64,000 bases of DNA. Source: the human T2T-CHM13v2.0 reference genome, Homo sapiens. Shown piece by piece: positions 25,061 through 39,080 of the stretch (its first letter is position 1; every line of letters starts with the position of its first letter). The stretch is taken from assembly GCF_009914755.1 (NCBI RefSeq), contig NC_060928.1, one strand, 5' to 3'. The position numbers were made by a program, and so were the translations under genes. Under the pieces are notes generated by a model. It did not search any database and was not told the DNA's origin. It was given only the letters and a program-made list of their open reading frames with translations.

Positions 25061-27669
25061 AATCTGTTTCTCTGGAGAACCCTAACTGATATATCTTCCA
25101 ACTTACTGAATTCTCTCTATATGGCAGGAGTGATCAAGCACTTTAAAAACTTTAACTCTTAAATCCTTTTCTCTCTGTTTCCAACCACACTCCCACATAG
25201 TAAATGAGCTTATGGAATGGAGGCCCTTCCATAGTAGTAGAACAACTGGTGAAATGTGTAAAAGCCCAGGATAGTAACTTTCAATGTGATTTCAAAACCA
25301 AATCTAGCACTCTCTGAGAAGAGGAAATGTGAATAAAATGAGACTTGGAGATATTTACAACATAAGCTCCACGAAGACAAGAACAATGTCTTGTTCACAA
25401 TTATGTTCTTAGGTCTTAAAATGCTAACTGAACAACTCAGTAAACATGCGTTGAACAAATGGATCATAGAGTTCTATAGTTAAGTAGAGGCAGGTGGGAA
25501 TTTTTTTTTTCTTATTACTTGGTATTAACCCAAACTATTTGACATCTGAGCTGCTACTAGAGCCTCACAGAGGAGGCATGTGCTCATTCATCCATCTGCA
25601 TCCATCCATTCACCTCACATACACTGCGTGCCTTCCACATTCTACAGGCTGCACCTCAGGACGGTGAAGATGAAAAAGACAAAAGGCTTGCCTTTGAAGC
25701 ACTCGCAGAGTAGTAAGTTGAATAAGCAAGTTATATTTATATTAATGTTATGTACTGGAGTAAAGCTAAGCAGGAGCTGCTAGAAAAGTCCAGAGAATGG
25801 ACACCTAACCTCTTCTGGGAGGGATTCATCCTTTAAATGAATCTTTATTGAAGTCAGCTCTGTGCCAAGCACTATGCTATGCCATGAGAGTATTCCCCTA
25901 ATATAATATTAAATATTAATCATGGTTAAATTTTATTGAGTGCTTATTACTGTGTTTCAGGCATTGTTGTAAGACCTTTGCATTTATTTACTGATTCTCT
26001 TCATACTAGGGAATCTGGTATGTGTTAATATTTTTTAATATCCTTTTCTATAAGACAATCATAGAGACATACATTCACATACTGCCTTTTCAAATACTTA
26101 TTGATTACTTGCCCTCTAAAATACACTGTTGGGCAGCAATTTAATCAGCATATAGTGTCTGTCCTTAAAATTAGTGGAGGAAACAGACAGATCCACAATC
26201 ACTACAATCTCAGGCTGTCTGACTCCCACAGTCCTGCAAAGGCCTTGTTATGAGCATAATCACAAACACACCACCTCTAAAACTTCCCCAAAACTTGAGA
26301 ATATGATTTTGAACACAGCCAACACAAATGTGTTGAGAATGTTTTGTCCCATCCCTATATAAGGAAAATAACCAAAGAGAAATATTTTTAACATACATGA
26401 CAGATATCTTCAAAATTGTATTTAAAAACAACTCTTTCTTTCCATGACTAACCATGCCAACGGCAGTCAGTGCGGCCTGAACCTAACATAGCTACCTTAG
26501 ATGTCAGTCAATATCAAGATGTTTTCTATTACCTTCCAGCCACTGACACAAACAAAAAGCATTGTTTCTCAAGATCTAATTGCTAAGAGTGGGCACACAG
26601 CAACAGAAGATGCTGATATTAATATTTTGCATTATTGATAAATAGCAAGTATTTGTCATCAATTAACAGCAATTATATATTGCAATAATTTCTGAAGGAG
26701 TCCTTATAAATAACAATAATTTTAATTACTGGAGAAACCTACCACATCCATCAACATTCATGGCTCCCAGTAAGTATGGAGGTCCAAGGAAGTTCCATAA
26801 AACTTAAAAAGGAGGAGAGACTCCTTCGAGCTGGAGGAAAATAGCCTGTCTTCATTTCTTTTGTACTTTGGACTGACTCCATTTGGTTTTTTAATGTTTA
26901 AAATTTATTTTCTTTTTTTTTAAATGGGATTTTTGGTTACATTAAAAGCTAGGCACATAAAACAAGGCAATAGGAATATCATATCAATAGAAACACCATA
27001 TCAAATCCACTTAAAATGAACAGGGAAGTAAATGCTAGAACATACCTGGAATTCACCATTTTTTGTAGCTGAGTTCTGAATTGAGCTTTGAGTTTCTTGG
27101 CAGTTTAGACAAAAATTAAAGTGTGTTGTATTAAATAAATTTCACTATCCAACAAAAGAAAACAGACTTCCCTGACCTCCCTTATTCAATAGTAACACCA
27201 TCCTAGTCCCCAGCCATTTCTTTTCTATTTCTGATTCTTTTCTATTTTTCTTCATAGCATTTATCAGTTTTCTAAATTCTATCTTTGGTATATTTTCCAT
27301 CTATTCTGCTAAAATGTAACACTCATGAGGACAAGAGTCTTTTTTTGTTGTTCACTGTTTTAGCTCAGCTCTAGAATAATGCCTGGCACGTGGCAAATGT
27401 GACATAGACACGTGATAGATATAGATAGTCACACAGAGAGATTTTATTCCAAATACTGAATTCCAGGAGAAATTTATCATGAAGTCCCATAAATAAATTA
27501 CACCAGGCTATGAGGCTATGTTGAGGGGGAGAGACAATAGCCTGACAATTCATGACCAGCATAAAATAAAAGGCACATGCAAATGTGTAGTGACAAGGGA
27601 AAAGTATTTGGAGCAGAAGATCTAAGTTCAGCTCCTAAGGCCACCACCCCCTCCCTGTGCCTTCTATCA

Positions 27670-27920
27670 GGCAGCATGGCATAACTGTGAAGCATCTGGG
27701 CTCTGGAGCCAAGTGGCTTGGCTTTAAATCCTGGCTCTGCCATTTATAGGTTTATAAGCTGTGTGACCTCCAACAATTTATTTAGCCTCTCTGTGCCTCA
27801 GTTATTTCATCTATAAAATGTGGATAATACTTCAAAGAATTACTGTGGGAATTAAATGAGTTTATGTAAGTAAATCAACTATATAAGGCAATAAGTAAAT
27901 TACATTGCCTGGCACAAGTA
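27670..27920 (+). mobile_element. MIR
   Basis: ggctctggagccaagtggcttggctttaaatcctggctctgccattt...ctctctgtgcctcagtt...ataaaatg. Confidence 0.8.
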
Positions 27921-29113
27921 AAACAACGTACTGGCAGTTAATTTGAACTTACCCTTCATTCGTAAAACATGGATAATAACTACCTTTGGCATAGATGTAA
28001 GGATCAATTAATCTTAATATGTGATAATGTGCTTAGGTGTTTTAAATAAATGACTATTGCTTTTTATTTTCATGGAAGAATATATTCATCATAAGGCTTT
28101 CAGAAAATGCAGAAAGATAGAAAGGAGAAAGTAAAATCCCCTACATCCTAGCAAACAATGAGAACCACCATTAGCATTTTCCTGTATAAATTTCCAGATT
28201 TCTTTCTCTGCCATAATCACATGCAGATTTATATGTGCATGTGTGTGTTTATGAAAACATAATTTTTAAAGAGCTAGATGCACACGATATACTGCTCTGA
28301 AACCTGCTTTTTTAAAAAAAACATATCATGGGTGTTTCATCTCATATCTCACGTGAGTAAATAAAGATCTATATCATTCTACATAATAGCTGCCTACTAT
28401 TCCATTGTATGAAAGTGCCTTGATTTATTTAGGCAATACTCCATTCACAGACAGTTAAGTTGTTTCCAATTTGTGAAAGTGCTTTGTAAACTACAAAGTA
28501 ATATACAAATGTTAGTTATCATCACCACCATTTAAAAAATAAATATCCAGACATTATCATTAAACTTGTGAAGGTCTTCTCTCACTATTTCTTTAACCGG
28601 CTGGAAGTGGTGCTTCGATCTAATTGTATTAACATGAACATTTTTAAAACATGACATTTATGGATTCCACAACTGAACACACGCAAAAACACAAATGAAC
28701 TACTGAGTCAGAACTAGGGGAAGGTGTTGTGGACTATTCCCAAGAGCCTGTTTCTCAGTACAACGACTGTGTTCTTGTTCCCCGCACATGCTACCTCACC
28801 CTCCTCTGCCTGTAGATTGACATCACTCACTGACTGCTGCCCTTTTCCCCAGAACCTACCCATGGCCTCAGAATTTTTGACAATGAACTCCAAGTAGTCA
28901 TTATGAAGCAATTGGAACAGGCAGTAGAGACGAAATGTATTAGCTAAACCCATGTTGAAGATACAAAGAATAAAATGGGTACTTACTGAGTTGCTACCAT
29001 GAAATGTGTACATGCTGTAAGTGGCAGATTTCACAGTTATATTACACCACTGCCCTCCTAGATTCTCAGCTCCTTGCTATTAGGAACCACATCATACTCT
29101 TTTCTGTGTTTTC

Positions 29114-29366
29114 TTTCTTTCTTTTTTTTTTTTTTTTGAGACAGAGTCCTGCTCTGTGGCCCAGGCTGTGCCATTCTCCTGCCTCAGCTTCCCGAGTAGC
29201 TGGGACTACAGGCGCCCGCCACCACGCCCGGCTAATTTTTTGTATTTTTAGTAGAGACGGGGTTTCACCGTGTTAGCCAGGATGGTCTTGATCTCCTGAC
29301 CTCGTGATCTGCCTGCCTCGGCTTCCCAAAGTGCTGGGATTACAGGCGTGAGCCACCACGCCCGGC
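29114..29366 (-). mobile_element. AluY with a ~50-bp internal deletion in the right arm
   Basis: cccaggctg joins directly to tgccattctcc. TSD ttttctgtgttttc at 29100-29113 and 29367-29380. Confidence 0.92.
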
Positions 29367-29963
29367 TTTTCTGTGTTTTCATCTTTTCCTGATAAAAGAC
29401 CACATAAGGGTAGGTACTTAATCAATGTTGTTTATTTGTGGGTGAGCAGTTGAAATAATGAGTGAAGCCCCGATCTTATGTATTTTACAATCTCATTGAT
29501 TGATAACTAAAATTAGTAGTGCCAATGTATTCTTTGAAAATTAAACCTGCCATATTATTTCTGGTAGGATGGGGTTTGGTAAGATATCCAAATGCATGAA
29601 AACAAGCAAATCAATATCGCCACTCTTTTTGTAACAATAAATTTTATCTATTAATTAATGTTGTGACTTAGAGCAAATGTGCATGGCAGGAAACAGAAGG
29701 CCCTGCTGATACCAATTTTACAGAAGGATGTAGTAGGTCCATTGAGATACATTGTGGATATCTATGCTATGGCTCCAGTGCCGGCATGAGCTGGATGGAT
29801 TTAGCTTATAAAACTCTGGCCTTTCACCTGTTCAAGGCTACAATTAGCCCCTCTGTGAGTTTCATTCACTTAAAAAATATTTACTGCATGCCCAATAACT
29901 ACCAGGCACTGCAATAAGTGCTAGATTTGGGGAGGTCCGACACAACAAAAATAATTTAAATTC

Positions 29964-30263
29964 TTTTTTTTTTCTTTTTTTTGGGGGGATGGAGTCTCCT
30001 TCTATTGCTCAGTCTGGAGTGCAGTGGCATGATCTCTGTTCACTACAACCTCAGCCCCCAGGTTCAAGCAATTCTCCTGCCTTAGCCCCCTGAGTAGCTG
30101 GAATTATAGGTGCCAGCCGTCATGCCCAGCTAATTTTTGCATTTTTAGTAGAGACGGGGTTTCACCATGTTTGCCAAGCTGGTCTTGAATGCCTGACCTC
30201 AAGTGAGGTCACCTCGGCCTCTCAAATTGCTGGGAATACAGGTGTGAGCCACAGCACCCAGTC
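29964..30263 (-). mobile_element. AluS (diverged)
   Basis: Full Alu body with TSD aaaaataatttaaattc at 29947-29963 and 30264-30280. Confidence 0.93.
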
Positions 30264-33200
30264 AAAAATAATTTAAATTCAAAATCGATTATACATAAAC
30301 ATTTTGGGTCTCTTAATGAGACATCATGACAAATATTACTTATGGCTACCAAAGTTAGGGCTTGCATATTTTTATCTTCTAACATTAAAATATAAACCCA
30401 TTGCTCTGGTCAGGAAGATCTTTTTACCCAACATGGAGGCTAGTCAGTAGATTTCATGGTCCCCTGTCTATTCTAACTATTTCATGCTGACTATCAGAAA
30501 TTGTTTAAAAAATAATAAAAAGTAATAATGATTTGATCATTCCAGGGCTCTGGAAAAGTACTGCAATTAAGCAGAAATGTCTAACATGAATAAAGATAGG
30601 AGCAAGCGGCCTCTGTGTCAAGGATTTGCAATTCCTATCCTATACATTTCATGCAAACCCTGCTTCTCTGTCCTCTACTAGTCTCTCTGTTTATTCTGCT
30701 GGTTCTCTGTGACTTATTTTAGGACCCATCTATTTTATAAACCATGACCCAACATGGTTAACATTGAGTGCTTCTCCTATCCATACTGCACCTTCTAGCA
30801 CTTGATTATAAATCAAGCCTCACCCTTCTCTAATTTCATCAATTGGATAGGTCCTATTTTTGAAAAAAATAATGTAAAACTCCTGAGGGCAGCAACTTTA
30901 CATACACATTGTTTTAACTTGTATAGCACCAAGCATACTCCTAGCTATATCAAAAGTGCTCAACAGATACATTTAGGATAATGTTTATACTAGTCCTTAT
31001 AAATGGTAGTTTGTTTCTACTGTGGTCAATTGCATTAGAAAAAAAATTAGTCTCAAACCCCTAAAAATTCGGCTTCACATACTTACCACATGCACAACTT
31101 TGGATCAATGTATTAAAATACATTGGGCCTCAGTTTCCCCATCTCTAAAATATAGAGATGGCAACACAAAGTCTCCAAGTCCCAGATTAACCTACCATCC
31201 TATGATTTTACACATCTTAGAAGGTATTATGCCTCAAGGAGGACTTTGGAGTTTGAAATATCTCTTTTCATCTAATAAAATGAGTAGTTCTTAAAAAAAA
31301 AAAAAAAGAAGTGAATTGTGAATCCCTTTAAGAGGCAGCTCAGATTTTGCTTACTCTCTCTTCTAAGTTCCCAATAAATGAATGGTGATTCTCTCCTCTT
31401 GCTTCAGCCCTTAAAAAAAGTCCATCCTCTTACTAATAGAAAATAGGATTTGAGTGATGGCCCTTACACTAATTGGTCAGGAGCCCTAGATAAAATATTG
31501 TTATTGACAGAATGTTCTCCCTTTTTCATGCACAGATAAAGTAGCTTAGCAGAACATACAGATAGAGAGCAGGTAGAGGACAAAGAAAGAGTGCCTGAAA
31601 CTTGGATCAAATCGGAAGAATCAAGCCAGTGCAGTAAGGTTCTTGCTAATAAAAGATCCGCTAAGAGGATATAACAGAAGCCAGCATATTCAACAAGATA
31701 ATGGGACAAGGGAAGCAAGAATCACCAGTGTCGAGTGAGAGGCTATGAAAAAAGCAAAGATCCAAAAGATCTGACTTGTTCTGTTTGACCCTTGAGGTCC
31801 ACGTAGGAGCAAATGTAAATGAAATAATCTTAGAGACAGTGATTTTTAACTCAGCAAGAAGAGAGGTATGCATAAAGAAATCCCATCACAAGCTGTCAGA
31901 AACTATCTATTGATTTTAAAAAGATAAAACATAAAATGTTCAAAGGAACATCATAAATATAACAGTATGGGTTAAGATCAAGTACAGGGAAGCTTCTACC
32001 GGTGGGACTGTATTCTGCCATGGCAGGTGATGAACTAGCTCCATAAACTACCAGGTCTTTTCCCTGAAAAGAGCCTCTGGCTGCTACAACTTGATCTATC
32101 TAATTTTTAAAAAAATGAATCCAAGGTTAATATCTATATTAGTCCTTATAATGGTAGTTTGTTTATACTGTGGTCAAAATTTCAATTTGTCATCCATTAC
32201 CACTGAACTAACTACTAGACTGCAGAAAACTCTATGTGGCCAGCAGCTTGGTGATGGATTGAAGGAAGCAGTAGCCATGACAGGGCCAGCAAATGCCTTT
32301 TACCCCTGGGTGATTTAATTCAGGCATAATAGTTGTACAGTTCAAAGCTTCATTTTCCCTGAAATTCTAAAGTTGACTATGAGAAACCCTGTCTTTTCTT
32401 CTCTCCACTTCAACTTTCTTCCTCCCAGCTCTATAATCCTCACCCTCCCCTAAACTCAGAAAAGGGGAAATTATACAGTGTTTTGCTAGAATTATTTTAC
32501 ATTATCTTCCATCTCCTACAGTGTCAGCGCTTGCCCTGCTACTGAAATGACTGAAGCCAGGACAGACTCAGGTTCCTATTTGGAAGTAGCAGGGAGGTTC
32601 CTCCCATTCTTCAAACCAGTTCAGCCACGGGGAGCCTGTTCCAGCCAGAACTCCCATCTCTGCTGAGGATATACCAGCCGCAGGACCCAGCCTGGGCTTG
32701 CCCGTCCAGTAAACAGCAAGGAGGCTAGAGGACACAACCCAGAGGACTGGGGGTTCTTCCATAAAAGGGACAATTGAGTCTCCCGTGCCACCCCCCACCC
32801 ACTCCTACCACCTTTCTCAAAGGGAAAGGAGTGGGCTACACCACTTTGAGCACAGTGCAAAGCGAACAATTCCTTTCTCCCACACTCACCCCGTTCTTCT
32901 GAGGAATGGGGCTGACTTTGATTCTTCAGATTACATTCACAATTAAACTCTTTAAGACTTTGTACCCTGGGAAAACAGTAAACAACTCAACTCTTGTCCT
33001 CAGATAACCAAGTGCATGCGTGTGTGTGTGTGTGCGTCAGGGGACAGGGAGTATAAAAGAATTGAATTGAATGTGAAGGGATTCTTCAACTCCGGAGAAA
33101 GTCTACCACAAAGAGAAATGCATGTGGGTGAAACACCTTGTAATTTAAAACTATGTTTCTTCCAGCGTCTCCAGTTCTCGGCCTGAGCCAGGCATGGGAT

Positions 33201-36089
33201 TCGGTTTGGCTGCCCTTACGTTAAAAATGCACTACACAGCAGACATCAGGGTGCCAGGCAGCTCATCATGTAAAGCCCCCAGGCACACTGAACACCATTT
33301 TGTTTGACATTTCACTGGCGACAATAGAACTGTCTGAAAATGCTCACACCCCACAGGCAGGTGGGAGGGGAGGGGTTAACGAGACAAGCGCACTTTGTGT
33401 GTGGCTCTCCTGGAATGTATTGGAAAAGGTACATGGAGCCTACTGAAAGCAAGTGTGGTTTTACTGGTGCATACTTCGTGGATTAGTTGGGAGTTGGAAA
33501 TTATTTGGACTCAGTTTTCAAATGAAGGCTCAATCCTAAAAGTTAAAATAATAATGATTCTGTGGTTTAAAAGGAAACATGGCATTCACCTAAACGGAAT
33601 ACCTCTTCTTGGCCCCAAAATTATGGTGTGGTACTACAAGTGTCGGAGAGCACGTTCTACATGGTCAAGCCTTGCTTATTACCCAGGGACAGAGAATAAT
33701 ACCATTCATTCATTCATTCGTTCATTCATTCCACAAACATTTACTGAATATGCACAATGTTCATAAAATATTATGCATGCTTGAAGGTTAGCAGAGCAGA
33801 GAAAAAATGCCCAGATAATCAGAGATGGATTTTGACCTTATGGAATTTGCAGTCTTAAAGGGGAAATGCTACACAAACACCTAAGATCCTTCCAGAGAGT
33901 GCTAGGCAGAAATGTTAGGCATGTTAGACACAGACCTCTAATGGACTGGGTGCTTGGCACTCAAAGAGAAATTGATTCCAGCTGGGGCAAAGTCTATTGC
34001 TTAGCTTTGGTATCCAACAGAAGACCAGGAGTCCTCAACATCCCATCACATCAAGGAAGGAACATCTCCAAGACAACTTCACTTTCTTGCCAAAATATGC
34101 AGGTACACATCTATGTGTGGTCTGAATTTCTATAACCATCGAAGCGTTTCTCCTCCTTTCTTTCCCCCAGAAATGGCAGTGGAATAGATGCATTCACACA
34201 ATAGCTAAGATGAACTCCATCATGTTTTAAGAGAGTTGGTTTTATTAGTTCAGTTAGTTCACTTTCCTTTGGTTTCATAATGTAAGAAACAAAAAGAGTA
34301 AGAGCAGTGCTTTATTTCAGTAGTATGGGGTAAGGCTTTAACTTTCTGGGTCTGAGGCGGAGGTTTCTGCTGGCATCTTAGCTTTCTGTGTGTTTGTTTG
34401 GTTTACTCCTGACAGAGACAATGGAATGCTTCAATGAAAACGCCCAACTCATTTTCCATCTATGAATGAACAGAAGGCATCCCGTGGCTAAGGAGGGATA
34501 AATATTCCGCGCCACTGGAGGCCTGCTGGCTCACCCGGGCTACACCACTATTGTACCCACTCTGGCTTCCACACGCAATTTACTAAAGTTTGTGCTGTTT
34601 CATGGCAAGGTGATTTATCACTGACACCTCTTTGCCATTTCAACTGGGGGCCACTGCAATGGGGCAAGGTTCAAGGAAGTTGGCCGAAACTGAAGCAGAC
34701 ATTTTATCAGCTAACTATTGCATTTTCTAGTTCTTGACTTTTCCCCAGGAGCTTTTGTTTTCATTTTGTTGGCTGCCTTTAACTCCTCTGATGCTGTACA
34801 ACCCCAGGTTGTTTTTTTCTAAAAACAATAGAGCCTTTAGTACACTGGGTTTTGTTGCTTGTTTTGTTTTTTTTTTTTTTATTTTTGGTGAAACGATATT
34901 AGGGCTCCTTACCTCTAACAACTGAGTCTTGCCATGGTTTTGAGTGTGAGGAAAGTATTACTGAAGGCATTTAATAGGTGGACAGACAGGTATGGAACTG
35001 TGTTGAGGGCCTTACATTATATGCAGGTCAGCAGAGGTAACAGAAACGTGGTTGTATGCTTGACTCACCCACTTGAAAACAATCCAATTCCATTATTTGT
35101 TCCTTTCACAACCTGTTCACGTGCTCAATCACTGATTTATTTATTCACCTATTCATTCATTCAACAATTGAGTGCCTAATATGAGAAATATTACTGTCCA
35201 GTGACAGCATGCTAGTAGACCAAAAAAACAATGAATAAGATATGGGTGGTCCTTACAAGGAATTCACAAGTCTGTGGAGAAACTACTCAGTCAACAAAAA
35301 ATGCAAAAAAAGAAAAAAGAAAGAAAGAATGAAATGATTGCTAAAAAAGAAGTGACATCAAAGAGCTGTCAGAATACAAAGGAAGGGAATGTACCCTGAT
35401 ATGCATATATTTAGAAATAGATTCCAAAAATGCTGCAATTGTACTGAAACAAAATTTTAACTTGACCTCCTCAGATGGAAAAGGAAGAGGGCAAACTCAT
35501 TCTTTTTCTTGAGATAAAATATTTCCCCAAAAGTTAACTTTTGAAATCATTTTCCAACTTCCTTTCCCTTAGTTCTCCCTCCACCCTCAATACCTTCTTT
35601 ATATTCTCATTCTTTTTGCTCTAGTGGAAGCTATGTCATTTTCCTTGAGAGGACTACACTCCAGAGTACAAGGAGAAATCATGACATTTCTTCTGGGCTG
35701 GGCTGCATGCTCACTCTTTCCTATGGAGAGATGCCTTTTCAGAGCCCAGGAGGCAGGGGCAATTCCATTTCCATGCTGGCTCAGCCCTGGCCTCTCCTGG
35801 GCACAGGTAGAAATGATACCAGGCCATGCTGAATCACTTACAGTGGTACTGTGATGAAAATAACTAGTCACAGGAGATTGGCTTGGCCATCAAATTCATT
35901 GCATGTTGCTGAAAATCAACTAGGACTCCAAATGGGCCAGTCTTCAACTTCTTGGCAACCCTCTCTATGAAAACAAATGCTTTGCCTTATCCTTCCTATG
36001 AGATTCCTCACTCCCTTTTTTGGGGGGACTGTCAGCACTCCTTGAAGGAACGGAACAATTAGTGTTCACAGTAGATGTTCAAGTGTCTA

Positions 36090-36372
36090 GGCCAGGCGTG
36101 GTGCCTCATGTCTGTAATCCTAGCACTTCGGGAGGCCGAGGCGGGTGGATCATGAGGTCAAGAGATCGAGACCATCCTGGCTAACAGGGTGAAACCCCAT
36201 CTCTACTGAAAATACAAAAATTAGCTGGGCATGGTGGTGCCTGTAGTCCCAGCTACTTAGGAGGCTGAGGCAGGAGAATCACTTGAACCCAGGAGGCAGA
36301 GGTTGCAGTAAGCCGAGATCACACCACCGCACTCCAGCCTGGGTGACAGAGCGAGACTCCATCTCGAAAAAA
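36090..36372 (+). mobile_element. Alu (AluSc-like) with a very short tail
   Basis: ggatcatgaggtcaagagatcgagaccatcctgg is the Sc-type diagnostic. Confidence 0.92.
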
Positions 36373-37744
36373 CTTTCATTCCATTTCTTTTCTTAGACAG
36401 GTGTCCAGGCAGAAGGATCTCAGAGTTTACTTTCTGCATACACAAACCTCCATACAGCACCATGCCTAGACATGACCAACTTCCTCACAGTTGCTTATTG
36501 AATTCCTCCCCTCACCTGCATCACCAAAGTGTGCCAGGATGTGATTTCCTGGCATAGCTCACTGGTCCTGCACAGTTTTTATTTCTCTCCTGCTCTGTCC
36601 CCCTTCATACACCAAACAGGAGAAAGGTGGATTCCTACCCCCACTTTCCTTTCTTTTATAGAAGAGTGATGGATTCATGGTGCATAAGATCAGAATATGT
36701 CAGCTTCAAGCAACACACATTATCTTTTGAAAAGTATGAACTACTGTAACAATTAAAGCGTTTAGGAGACAAACCTTCAAGTGTCCTCAGAAGAAACGTG
36801 TAAGCACAATTTTCTTCTAAAATGCAAACTTAGAGAACAAAATATGGGCCTGAAAGCATTTTGTTTTTAATTAACTTTTCTAAAAATCTTCTCAATTTGA
36901 GTGATCTTTTACTGACCCATTGTCGACTGGAGGAAACAATTACTTTGGTCATTGAAAGAGTCATTTTTACCAATGAGCTGTCATTATCAATCAATCTAGG
37001 GTTCCCTGCTCTAAATACAAAAATGAATAGGTGAATAAATCTGTAAGTGGATAAATTGTCTGCACACCAATCCCCGCAGGCCATGTGTTTATAAGTCAAC
37101 AGCTTAAAATGAAAACATCTGATGAAGGTAATACACCTGTTAAAGGAGCATAAAATTCCAAACCCAATGGTAAAATATAAAGATTATAAAGCCTCTTAAA
37201 GGAGCCATCAAAGCAAACTATTAAATGAATACATCTGCTCTGTGCTAGACTCTAGTTTATAAGTGCCGCTCAAAATAAAAGAGATTGAGGACAAACATTT
37301 CATAAAAGGATGTGAAAAGCAGTGAAGGAGACGTATTTTGAGGATGATGAGAGAAAATGGAATGGATTCAGTTAAAAAGAAGAATTGACCTAAGCTCAGG
37401 CCAGGACTCACAGGAAAGGTTTTATGAGTCTAGTTTTCATTGGAAGGGGTAAGATGTGAGGAGGTATAGCAGAATCATTTTTCATGTCCAACTGTATACT
37501 TTCGTTTTAGTCTACAGACAAAAGGGGAAAAAATCAGTTTAGCACTAGATAGTTACTTGCAGTGAAACTTAATACTAGAAAGAGAGAGAGAGAGAAAAAA
37601 ATTTTTTTAAATAAGGAAGAAACTTCTAGTCAAGGCAGTTCCCATAAAATTTCAAACTTATAATGTTACCAAAGAAGTGTGGTAAGAGATTGGTGTTAGT
37701 TGGGCTCCTAAGACCGTATTTCTACCCGACCCTCTTAAATGTGG

Positions 37745-38700
37745 TTTTAGTCGTGATGCATTTTCCTGGTTTGCCTGACTCTCTGAATGCTGTTTCTCAG
37801 TGTTTCATCCTTTGACTGCTGGTGTTGCCTATAATTCTGTTTTCAGCCCACTTTGCTTATTCTTCTCAGTCTTCCTTGGCTCATCTCATTGCCTCTCATG
37901 GCTTTAACTGCCACCATGACAGAATCTATGTCTCCAGCCCAGATTGTCCCCAGAGTCTCAGAGACAGCTGGGTACTCACCACCAACATCTTGCAGGACCA
38001 GAACACTCAAAATATACAAAATGGGCCTTAACATCCTCCCAACCTCAGCTGCTTGCCTGCCTGTGTTCTTTGCATCTGTTGAAAAGAAGTAACCCAATCC
38101 ACCCAAACCAAAAATACACTCATCCCCTTCAATCTTAATCATTCTTAAGTCTCTTCCTTCCTTTCCATTCCATGATGAATGTCCTAGTTCAAGCCAGCGA
38201 TCTTTCTAAAACTTGACTCTGGCTACATCCTACCTTAGTGTCTATCATTTCAGCCCCTCAACATTGACCTAGAGAAAGCGCTTGAACATGGCAGGAAGGT
38301 CTTCTCTGAGCTGGCCCCTGCCCTGCCTCCAGTCTGACCTCTTATCCCTCCCTGCTTCCTACTTCCAAGAGAATGCCCTTTTATCATGCTTTTGCTCCAG
38401 CTCTACCTGAAATCATTTCCCAAATCCTTTTTCCTTATCTAACTCTCTTCATTCTTTAAGAATCAGCTCAGTTGTCAGTTCTTCCAGGGAGTCTCACTGC
38501 CTGCTTGAGGCCATGTTAAGTCCTTCTGCTCATGGCTCCTCCAGAGCCTGGTGTACTCATCTACTACTGCACCCAGCACATTATAATCGCTAGTTTATGC
38601 ATCTGTTTCCCCCACAGACAATGAGCTCATTGACAGCAGTGGCTCTCTGTTATTCATATATATCTTCCATGCACATAACAATAATTACTGAATACATGAT
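37745..38700 (+). mobile_element. L2 3' region (degenerate)
   Basis: ctcatggctttaactgccacc...atctatgtctccagcccaga; ctctacctgaaat; tctttaagaatcagctc; 3' end ctgtttcccccacagacaatgagctc. Confidence 0.65.
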
Positions 38701-38728
38701 CTATCTAACAAAAACACATTTACACATA

Positions 38729-39080
38729 CAGATGTGCCTTGACTGACAATGGGGTTATGTCCAATAAATCCATTGTAAGTCATAAATATCTAAGTCAAAA
38801 ATGCATTTAATACATCTAACCTACAACCTAGCTTAGTCTAGCCTACCGTAAATGTGTTCAGAACACTTACATTAGCCTACAGTTGGGCAAAATTATCTAA
38901 TGCAAAGCCTATTTTATAATAAAATGTAATTTATTGAATACTGTACTGAAAGTGAAAAACAGATTGGTTCTATGAGTACTCTGTACTTGAAGTATGGTTT
39001 CTACTGAATGTATACCACTTTTACACCATCATAAAGTCAAAAAATCAAAAGTTAAATTATTATATGTCCAGGACTGTCTG
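38729..39080 (+). mobile_element. MER47A-like (TcMar-Tigger) DNA transposon fossil
   Basis: ta|cagatgtgccttgactgacaatggggttatg...cagaacacttacattagcctacagttgggcaaaat...ggactgtctg; degenerate TIRs and a TA site on the left. Confidence 0.85.
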
